Source: Octopus sinensis (taxonomy: Eukaryota). From it: 64,000 nt of DNA. Within the stretch, counting starts at the first letter, position 1, and each line of letters opens with the position of its first letter. Shown here one piece after another: positions 15,001 through 27,000 of this stretch. Position numbers and translations under genes: made by a program. The stretch is from positions 206,894,001-206,958,000 of the forward strand of contig NC_042997.1 of NCBI RefSeq assembly GCF_006345805.1. The letters are read 5' to 3'. The notes below the pieces were generated by a model, which saw nothing but the letters and a program-made list of their open reading frames with translations, ran no database searches and had not been told where the DNA came from.

Positions 15001-18000
15001 TACATCAACCCCAGTGCTCAACTGGTACTTATTTTATTGACCATAAACATCACTGGAATTTTGGTTTCAAATTTTGGCACAAGGCCAGCAATTTCAGGAG
15101 AGTGGCTAAGTCAATTACATCAACCCCAGTGCTCAACTGGTACTTATTTTATTGACCATAAACATCACTGGAATTTTGGTTTCAAATTTTGGCACAAGGC
15201 CAGCAATTTCAGGAGAGTGGCTAAGTCAATTACATCAACCCCAGTGCTCAACTGGTACTTATTTTATTGACCATAAACATCACTGGAATTTTGGTTTCAA
15301 ATTTTGGCACAAGGCCAGCAATTTCAGGAGAGTGGCTAAGTCAATTACATCAACCCCAGTGCTCAACTGGTACTTATTTTATTGACCATAAACATCACTG
15401 GAATTTTGGTTTCAAATTTTGGCACAAGGCCAGCAATTTCAGGAGAGTGGCTAAGTCAATTACATCAACCCCAGTGCTCAACTGGTACTTATTTTATTGA
15501 CCATAAACATCACTGGAATTTTGGTTTCAAATTTTGGCACAAGGCCAGCAATTTCAGGAGAGTGTCTAAGTCAATTACATCAACCCCAGTGCTCAACTGG
15601 TACTTATTTTATTGACCATAAACATCACTGGAATTTTGGTTTCAAATTTTGGCACAAGGCCAGCAATTTCAGGAGAGTGTCTAAGTCAATTACATCAACC
15701 CCAGTGCTCAACTGGTACTTATTTTATTGACCATAAACATCACTGGAATTTTGGTTTCAAATTTTGGCACAAGGCCAGCAATTTCAGGAGAGTGGCTAAG
15801 TCAATTACATCAACCCCAGTGCTCAACTGGTACTTATTTTATTGACCATAAACATCACTGGAATTTTGGTTTCAAATTTTGGCACAAGGCCAGCAATTTC
15901 AGGAGAGTGGCTAAGTCAATTACATCAACCCCAGTGCTCAACTGGTACTTATTTTATTGACCATAAACATCACTGGAATTTTGGTTTCAAATTTTGGCAC
16001 AAGGCCAGCAATTTCAGGAGAGTGCTAAGTCAATTACATCAACCCCAGTGCTCAACTGGTACTTATTTTATTGACCATAAACATCACTGGAATTTTGGTT
16101 TCAAATTTTGGCACAAGGCCAGCAATTTCAGGAGAGTCTAAGTCAATTACATCAACCCCAGTGCTCAACTGGTACTTATTTTATTGACCATAAACATCAC
16201 TGGAATTTTGGTTTCAAATTTTGGCACAAGGCCAGCAATTTCAGGAGAGTGGCTAAGTCAATTACATCAACCCCAGTGCTCAACTGGTACTTATTTTATT
16301 GACCATAAACATCACTGGAATTTTGGTTTCAAATTTTGGCACAAGGCCAGCAATTTCAGGAGAGTGGCTAAGTCAATTACATCAACCCCAGTGCTCAACT
16401 GGTACTTATTTTATTGACCATAAACATCACTGGAATTTTGGTTTCAAATTTTGGCACAAGGCCAGCAATTTCAGGAGAGTGGCTAAGTCAATTACATCAA
16501 CCCCAGTGCTCAACTGGTACTTATTTTATTGACCATAAACATCACTGGAATTTTGGTTTCAAATTTTGGCACAAGGCCAGCAATTTCAGGAGAGTGGCTA
16601 AGTCAATTACATCAACCCCAGTGCTCAACTGGTACTTATTTTATTGACCATAAACATCACTGGAATTTTGGTTTCAAATTTTGGCACAAGGCCAGCAATT
16701 TCAGGAGAGTGGCTAAGTCAATTACATCAACCCCAGTGCTCAACTGGTACTTATTTTATTGACCATAAACATCACTGGAATTTTGGTTTCAAATTTTGGC
16801 ACAAGGCCAGCAATTTCAGGAGAGTGGCTAAGTCAATTACATCAACCCCAGTGCTCAACTGGTACTTATTTTATTGACCATAAACATCACTGGAATTTTG
16901 GTTTCAAATTTTGGCACAAGGCCAGCAATTTCAGGAGAGTGCTAAGTCAATTACATCAACCCCAGTGCTCAACTGGTACTTATTTTATTGACCATAAACA
17001 TCACTGGAATTTTGGTTTCAAATTTTGGCACAAGGCCAGCAATTTCAGGAGAGTGTCTAAGTCAATTACATCAACCCCAGTGCTCAACTGGTACTTATTT
17101 TATTGACCATAAACATCACTGGAATTTTGGTTTCAAATTTTGGCACAAGGCCAGCAATTTCAGGAGAGTGGCTAAGTCAATTACATCAACCCCAGTGCTC
17201 AACTGGTACTTATTTTATTGACCATAAACATCACTGGAATTTTGGTTTCAAATTTTGGCACAAGGCCAGCAATTTCAGGAGAGTGCTAAGTCAATTACAT
17301 CAACCCCAGTGCTCAACTGGTACTTATTTTATTGACCATAAACATCACTGGAATTTTGGTTTCAAATTTTGGCACAAGGCCAGCAATTTCAGGAGAGTGG
17401 CTAAGTCAATTACATCAACCCCAGTGCTCAACTGGTACTTATTTTATTGACCATAAACATCACTGGAATTTTGGTTTCAAATTTTGGCACAAGGCCAGCA
17501 ATTTCAGGAGAGTGTCTAAGTCAATTACATCAACCCCAGTGCTCAACTGGTACTTATTTTATTGACCATAAACATCACTGGAATTTTGGTTTCAAATTTT
17601 GGCACAAGGCCAGCAATTTCAGGAGAGTGTCTAAGTCAATTACATCAACCCCAGTGCTCAACTGGTACTTATTTTATTGACCATAAACATCACTGGAATT
17701 TTGGTTTCAAATTTTGGCACAAGGCCAGCAATTTCAGGAGAGTGCTAAGTCAATTACATCAACCCCAGTGCTCAACTGGTACTTATTTTATTGACCATAA
17801 ACATCACTGGAATTTTGGTTTCAAATTTTGGCACAAGGCCAGCAATTTCAGGAGAGTGCTAAGTCAATTACATCAACCCCAGTGCTCAACTGGTACTTAT
17901 TTTATTGACCATAAACATCACTGGAATTTTGGTTTCAAATTTTGGCACAAGGCCAGCAATTTCAGGAGAGTGGCTAAGTCAATTACATCAACCCCAGTGC

Positions 18001-21000
18001 TCAACTGGTACTTATTTTATTGACCATAAACATCACTGGAATTTTGGTTTCAAATTTTGGCACAAGGCCAGCAATTTCAGGAGAGTGGCTAAGTCAATTA
18101 CATCAACCCCAGTGCTCAACTGGTACTTATTTTATTGACCATAAACATCACTGGAATTTTGGTTTCAAATTTTGGCACAAGGCCAGCAATTTCAGGAGAG
18201 TGGCTAAGTCAATTACATCAACCCCAGTGCTCAACTGGTACTTATTTTATTGACCATAAACATCACTGGAATTTTGGTTTCAAATTTTGGCACAAGGCCA
18301 GCAATTTCAGGAGAGTGTCTAAGTCAATTACATCAACCCCAGTGCTCAACTGGTACTTATTTTATTGACCATAAACATCACTGGAATTTTGGTTTCAAAT
18401 TTTGGCACAAGGCCAGCAATTTCAGGAGAGTGTCTAAGTCAATTACATCAACCCCAGTGCTCAACTGGTACTTATTTTATTGACCATAAACATCACTGGA
18501 ATTTTGGTTTCAAATTTTGGCACAAGGCCAGCAATTTCAGGAGAGTGGCTAAGTCAATTACATCAACCCCAGTGCTCAACTGGTACTTATTTTATTGACC
18601 ATAAACATCACTGGAATTTTGGTTTCAAATTTTGGCACAAGGCCAGCAATTTCAGGAGAGTGTCTAAGTCAATTACATCAACCCCAGTGCTCAACTGGTA
18701 CTTATTTTATTGACCATAAACATCACTGGAATTTTGGTTTCAAATTTTGGCACAAGGCCAGCAATTTCAGGAGAGTGGCTAAGTCAATTACATCAACCCC
18801 AGTGCTCAACTGGTACTTATTTTATTGACCATAAACATCACTGGAATTTTGGTTTCAAATTTTGGCACAAGGCCAGCAATTTCAGGAGAGTGCTAAGTCA
18901 ATTACATCAACCCCAGTGCTCAACTGGTACTTATTTTATTGACCATAAACATCACTGGAATTTTGGTTTCAAATTTGGCACAAGGCCAGCAATTTCAGGA
19001 GAGTGTCTAAGTCAATTACATCAACCCCAGTGCTCAACTGGTACTTATTTTATTGACCATAAACATCACTGGAATTTTGGTTTCAAATTTTGGCACAAGG
19101 CCAGCAATTTCAGGAGAGTGCTAAGTCAATTACATCAACCCCAGTGCTCAACTGGTACTTATTTTATTGACCATAAACATCACTGGAATTTTGGTTTCAA
19201 ATTTTGGCACAAGGCCAGCAATTTCAGGAGAGTGCTAAGTCAATTACATCAACCCCAGTGCTCAACTGGTACTTATTTTATTGACCATAAACATCACTGG
19301 AATTTTGGTTTCAAATTTTGGCACAAGGCCAGCAATTTCAGGAGAGTGTCTAAGTCAATTACATCAACCCAGTGCTCAACTGGTACTTATTTTATTGACC
19401 ATAAACATCACTGGAATTTTGGTTTCAAATTTTGGCACAAGGCCAGCAATTTCAGGAGAGTGTCTAAGTCAATTACATCAACCCCAGTGCTCAACTGGTA
19501 CTTATTTTATTGACCATAAACATCACTGGAATTTTGGTTTCAAATTTTGGCACAAGGCCAGCAATTTCAGGAGAGTGTCTAAGTCAATTACATCAACCCC
19601 AGTGCTCAACTGGTACTTATTTTATTGACCATAAACATCACTGGAATTTTGGTTTCAAATTTTGGCACAAGGCCAGCAATTTCAGGAGAGTGTCTAAGTC
19701 AATTACATCAACCCCAGTGCTCAACTGGTACTTATTTTATTGACCATAAACATCACTGGAATTTTGGTTTCAAATTTTGGCACAAGGCCAGCAATTTCAG
19801 GAGAGTGTCTAAGTCAATTACATCAACCCCAGTGCTCAACTGGTACTTATTTTATTGACCATAAACATCACTGGAATTTTGGTTTCAAATTTTGGCACAA
19901 GGCCAGCAATTTCAGGAGAGTGTCTAAGTCAATTACATCAACCCCAGTGCTCAACTGGTACTTATTTTATTGACCATAAACATCACTGGAATTTTGGTTT
20001 CAAATTTTGGCACAAGGCCAGCAATTTCAGGAGAGTGTCTAAGTCAATTACATCAACCCCAGTGCTCAACTGGTACTTATTTTATTGACCATAAACATCA
20101 CTGGAATTTTGGTTTCAAATTTTGGCACAAGGCCAGCAATTTCAGGAGAGTGGCTAAGTCAATTACATCAACCCCAGTGCTCAACTGGTACTTATTTTAT
20201 TGACCATAAACATCACTGGAATTTTGGTTTCAAATTTTGGCACAAGGCCAGCAATTTCAGGAGAGTGCTAAGTCAATTACATCAACCCCAGTGCTCAACT
20301 GGTACTTATTTTATTGACCATAAACATCACTGGAATTTTGGTTTCAAATTTTGGCACAAGGCCAGCAATTTCAGGAGAGTGGCTAAGTCAATTACATCAA
20401 CCCCAGTGCTCAACTGGTACTTATTTTATTGACCATAAACATCACTGGAATTTTGGTTTCAAATTTTGGCACAAGGCCAGCAATTTCAGGAGAGTGTCTA
20501 AGTCAATTACATCAACCCCAGTGCTCAACTGGTACTTATTTTATTGACCATAAACATCACTGGAATTTTGGTTTCAAATTTTGGCACAAGGCCAGCAATT
20601 TCAGGAGAGTGTCTAAGTCAATTACATCAACCCCAGTGCTCAACTGGTACTTATTTTATTGACCATAAACATCACTGGAATTTTGGTTTCAAATTTTGGC
20701 ACAAGGCCAGCAATTTCAGGAGAGTGGCTAAGTCAATTACATCAACCCCAGTGCTCAACTGGTACTTATTTTATTGACCATAAACATCACTGGAATTTTG
20801 GTTTCAAATTTTGGCACAAGGCCAGCAATTTCAGGAGAGTGTCTAAGTCAATTACATCAACCCCAGTGCTCAACTGGTACTTATTTTATTGACCATAAAC
20901 ATCACTGGAATTTTGGTTTCAAATTTTGGCACAAGGCCAGCAATTTCAGGAGAGTGGCTAAGTCAATTACATCAACCCCAGTGCTCAACTGGTACTTATT

Positions 21001-24000
21001 TTATTGACCATAAACATCACTGGAATTTTGGTTTCAAATTTTGGCACAAGGCCAGCAATTTCAGGAGAGTGACTAAGTCAATTACATCAACCCCAGTGCT
21101 CAATTGGTACTTATTTTATTGACCATAAACATCACTGGAATTTTGGTTTCAAATTTTGGCACAAGGCCAGCAATTTCAGGAGAGTGTCTAAGTCAATTAC
21201 ATCAACCCCAGTGCTCAACTGGTACTTATTTTATTGACCATAAACATCACTGGAATTTTGGTTTCAAATTTTGGCACAAGGCCAGCAATTTCAGGAGAGT
21301 GCCTAAGTCAATTACATCAACCCCAGTGCTCAACTGGTACTTATTTTATTGACCATAAACATCACTGGAATTTTGGTTTCAAATTTTGGCACAAGGCCAG
21401 CAATTTCAGGAGAGTGTCTAAGTCAATTACATCAACCCCAGTGCTCAACTGGTACTTATTTTATTGACCATAAACATCACTGGAATTTTGGTTTCAAATT
21501 TTGGCACAAGGCCAGCAATTTCAGGAGAGTGTCTAAGTCAATTACATCAACCCCAGTGCTCAACTGGTACTTATTTTATTGACCATAAACATCACTGGAA
21601 TTTTGGTTTCAAATTTTGGCACAAGGCCAGCAATTTCAGGAGAGTGTCTAAGTCAATTACATCAACCCCAGTGCTCAACTGGTACTTATTTTATTGACCA
21701 TAAACATCACTGGAATTTTGGTTTCAAATTTTGGCACAAGGCCAGCAATTTCAGGAGAGTGTCTAAGTCAATTACATCAACCCCAGTGCTCAACTGGTAC
21801 TTATTTTATTGACCATAAACATCACTGGAATTTTGGTTTCAAATTTTGGCACAAGGCCAGCAATTTCAGGAGAGTGGCTAAGTCAATTACATCAACCCCA
21901 GTGCTCAACTGGTACTTATTTTATTGACCATAAACATCACTGGAATTTTGGTTTCAAATTTTGGCACAAGGCCAGCAATTTCAGGAGAGTGGCTAAGTCA
22001 ATTACATCAACCCCAGTGCTCAACTGGTACTTATTTTATTGACCATAAACATCACTGGAATTTTGGTTTCAAATTTTGGCACAAGGCCAGCAATTTCAGG
22101 AGAGTGTCTAAGTCAATTACATCAACCCCAGTGCTCAACTGGTACTTATTTTATTGACCATAAACATCACTGGAATTTTGGTTTCAAATTTTGGCACAAG
22201 GCCAGCAATTTCAGGAGAGTGGCTAAGTCAATTACATCAACCCCAGTGCTCAACTGGTACTTATTTTATTGACCATAAACATCACTGGAATTTTGGTTTC
22301 AAATTTTGGCACAAGGCCAGCAATTTCAGGAGAGTGTCTAAGTCAATTACATCAACCTCAGTGCTCAACTGGTACTTATTTTATTGACCATAAACATCAC
22401 TGGAATTTTGGTTTCAAATTTTGGCACAAGGCCAGCAATTTCAGGAGAGTGTCTAAGTCAATTACATCAACACCAGTGCTCAACTGGTACTTATTTTATT
22501 GACCATAAACATCACTGGAATTTTGGTTTCAAATTTTGGCACAAGGCCAGCAATTTCAGGAGAGTGGCTAAGTCAATTACATCAACCCCAGTGCTCAACT
22601 GGTACTTATTTTATTGACCATAAACATCACTGGAATTTTGGTTTCAAATTTTGGCACAAGGCCAGCAATTTCAGGAGAGTGGCTAAGTCAATTACATCAA
22701 CCCCAGTGCTCAACTGGTACTTATTTTATTGACCATAAACATCACTGGAATTTTGGTTTCAAATTTTGGCACAAGGCCAGCAATTTCAGGAGTGTGTCTA
22801 AGTCAATTACATCAACCCCAGTGCTCAACTGGTACTTATTTTATTGACCATAAACATCACTGGAATTTTGGTTTCAAATTTTGGCACAAGGCCAGCAATT
22901 TCAGGAGAGTGTCTAAGTCAATTACATCAACCCCAGTGCTCAACTGGTACTTATTTTATTGACCATAAACATCACTGGAATTTGGTTTCAAATTTTGGCA
23001 CAAGGCCAGCAATTTCAGGAGAGTGTCTAAGTCAATTACATCAACCCCAGTGCTCAACTGGTACTTATTTTATTGACCATAAACATCACTGGAATTTTGG
23101 TTTCAAATTTTGGCACAAGGCCAGCAATTTCAGGAGAGTGTCTAAGTCAATTACATCAACCCCAGTGCTCAACTGGTACTTATTTTATTGACCATAAACA
23201 TCACTGGAATTTTGGTTTCAAATTTTGGCACAAGGCCAGCAATTTCGGGAGACTGTCTAAGTCAATTACATCAACCCCAGTGCTCAACTGGTACTTATTT
23301 TATTGACCATAAACATCACTGGAATTTTGGTTTCAAATTTTGGCACAAGGCCAGCAATTTCAGGAGAGTGGCTAAGTCAATTACATCAACCGCAGTGCTC
23401 AACTGGTACTTATTTTATTGACCATAAACATCACTGGAATTTTGCTTTCAAATTTTGGCACAAGGCCAGCAATTTCAGGAGAATGGCTAAGTCAATTACA
23501 TCAACCCCAGTGCTCAACTGGTACTTATTTTATTGACCATAAACATCACTGGAATTTTGGTTTCAAATTTTGGCACAAGGCCAGCAATTTCAGGAGAGTG
23601 ACTTAGTCAATTACATCAACCCCAGTGCTACACTGGTACTTATTTTATTGACCATAAACATCACTGGAATTTTGCTTTCAAATTTTGGCACAAGGCCAGC
23701 AATTTCAGGAGAATGGCTAAGTCAATTACATCAACCCCAGTGCTCAACTGGTCCTTATTTTTTTGACCATAAACATCACTGGAATTTTGGTTTCAAATTT
23801 TGGCACAATGCCAGCAATTTCAGGAGAGTGACTAAGTCAATTACATCAACCCCACTGATCAATTGGTACTTATTTTATTGACCATAAACATCACTGGAAT
23901 TTTGGTTTCAAATTTTGGCACAAGGCCAGCAATTTTAGGAGAGTGGCTAAGTCAATTACATCAACACCAGTGCTCAATTGGTACTTATTTTATTGACCAT

Positions 24001-27000
24001 AAACATCACTGGGATTTTGGTTTCTAATTTTGGCACAAGGCCAGCAATTTCAGGAGAGTGACTAAGTCAATTACATCAACCCCAGTGCTCAACTGGTACT
24101 TATTTTATTGACCATAAACATCACTGGAATTTTGGTTTCAAATTTTGGCACAAGCCAGCAATTTCAGGAGAGTGGCTAAGTCAATTACATCAACCCCAGT
24201 GATCAACTGGTACTTATTTTATTGACCATAAACATCACTGGAATTTTGGTTTCAAATTTTGGCACAAGGCCAGCAATTTCAGGAGAATGGCTAAGTCAAT
24301 TACATCAACCCCAGTGCTCAACTGGTACTTATTTTATTGACCATAAACATCACTGGAATTTTGGTTTCAAATTTTGGCACAAGGCCAGCAATTTCAGGAG
24401 AGTGACTTAGTCAATTACATCAACCCCAGTGCTACACTGGTACTTATTTTATTGACCATAAACATCACTGGAATTTTGTTTCAAATTTTGGCACAAGGCC
24501 AGCAATTTCAGGAGAGTGTCTAAGTCAATTACATCAACCCCAGTGATCAATTGGTACTTATTTTATTGACCATAAACATCACTGGAATTTTGGTTTCAAA
24601 TTTTGGCACAAGGCCAGCAATTTCAGGAGAGTGTCTAAGTCAATTACATCAACCCCACTGATCAATTGGTACTTATTTTATTGACCATAACATCACTGGA
24701 ATTTTGGTTTCAAATTTTGGCACAAGCCAGCAATTTCAGTAGAGTGGCTAAGTCAATTACATCTACCCCAGTGCTCAACTGGTACTTATTTTTTGACCAT
24801 AAACATCACTGGAATTTTGGCTTTCAAATTTTGGCACAAGGCCAGCAATTTCAGGAGAATGGCTAAGACAATTACATCAACCCCAGTGCTCAACTGGTAC
24901 TTATTTTATTGACCATAAACATCACTGGAATTTTGGTTTCAAATTTTGGCACCAGGCCAGCAATTTCAGGAGAGTGTCTAAGTCAATTACATCAACCCCA
25001 GTGCTCAACTGGTACTTATTTTATTGACCTTAAACATCACTGGAATTTTGGTTTCAAATTTTGGCACAAGGCCAGCAATTTCAGGGGAGTGTCTAAGTCA
25101 ATTACATCAACCCCAGTGCACAACTGGTACTTATTTTATTGACCGTAAACATCACCGGACTTTTGGTTTCATATTTTGGCACAAGGCCAGCAATTTCAGG
25201 AGAGTGTCTAAGTCAATTACATCAACCCCAGTGCTCAACTGGTACTTATTTTATTGACCATGAACATCACTGGAATGTTGGTTTCAAATTTTGGCACAAG
25301 GCCAGCAATTTCAGGAGAGTGTCTAAGTCAATTACATCAACCCCAGTGCTCAATTGGTACTTATTTTATTGACCATAAACATCACTGGAATTTTGGTTTC
25401 AAATATTGGTACAAGTCCAGCAATTTCAGTAGAGTGGCTAAGTCAATTAAATCAACCCCAGTGCTCAATTGGTACTTATTTTATTGACCATAAACATCAC
25501 TGGAATTTTGGTTTCAAATTTTGGTACAAGTCCAGCAATTTCAGTAGAGTGGCTAAGTCAATTACTTCAATCCCAGTGCTCAACTGGTACTTATTTTATT
25601 GACCATAAACATCACTGGAATTTTGGTTTCAAATTTTGGCACAAGGCCAGCAATTTCAGGATTGTGTCTAAGTCAATAACATCAATCCCATTGCTCAACT
25701 GGTACTTATTTTATTGACCATAAACATCACTGGAATTTTGGTTTCAAATTTTGGCACAAGGCCAGCAATTTCAGGATTGTGTCTAAGTCAATAACATCAA
25801 CCCCATTGCTCAACTGGTACTTATTTTATTGACCATAAACATCACTGGATTTGGTTTCAAATTTTGGCACAAGGCCAGCAATTTCAGGAGTGTCTAAGTC
25901 AATAACATCAATCCCAGTGCTCAACTGGTACTTATTTTATTGACCATAAACATCACTGGGATTTTGGTTTCAAATTTTGGCACAAGGCCAGCAATTTCAG
26001 GATTGTGTCTAAGTCAATAACATCAATCCCATTGCTCAACTGGTACTTATTTTATTGACCATAAACATCACTGGGATTTTGGTTTCAAATTTTGGCACAA
26101 GGCCAGCAATTTCAGGATTGTGTCTAAGTCAATAACATCAATCCCATTGCTCAACTGGTACTTATTTTATTGACCATAAACATCACTGGGATTTTGGTTT
26201 CAAATTTTGGCACAAGGCCAGCAATTTCAGGATTGTGTCTAAGTCAATAACATCAATCCCATTGCTCAACTGGTACTTATTTTATTGACCATAAACATCA
26301 CTGGAATGTTGGTTTCAAATTTTGGCACAAGGCCAGCAATTTCAGGATTGTGTCTAAGTCAATAACATCAACCCCAGTGCTCAACTGGTACTTATTTTAT
26401 TGACCATAAACATCACTGGAATTTTGGTTTCAAATTTTGGCACAAGGCCAGCAATTTCAGGAGAGTGTCTAAGTCAATTACATCAACCCCAGTGCACAAC
26501 TGGTACTTATTTTATTGACCATAAACATCACTGGAATTTTGGTTTCAAATTTTGGCACAAGGCCAGCAATTTCAGGAGAGTGGCTAAGTCAATTACATCA
26601 ACCCCACTGCTCAATTGGTACTTATTTTATTGACCATAAACATCACTGGAATTTTGGTTTCAAATTTTGGCACAAGACCAGCAATTTCAGGAGAGTGTCT
26701 AAGTCAATTACATCAACCCCAGTGCTCAACTGGTACTTATTTTATTAACCATAAACATCACTGGAATTTTGGTTTCAAATTTTGGCACAAGGCCAGCAAT
26801 TTCAGGAGAGTGTCTAAGTCAATTACATCAACCCCAGTGCACAACTGGTACTTATTTTATTGACCATAAACATCACCGGAATTTTGGTTTCATATTTTGG
26901 CACAAGGCCAGCAATTTCAGGAGAGTGTCTAAGTCAATTACATCAACCCCAGTGCTCAACTGGTACTTATTTTATTGACCATAAACATCACTGGAATTTT

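Noticed and set aside
1-21000. Regular higher-order repeat or code in the G/T variant order
   Set aside because: No period is visible by eye, and the site is probably affected by consensus error.
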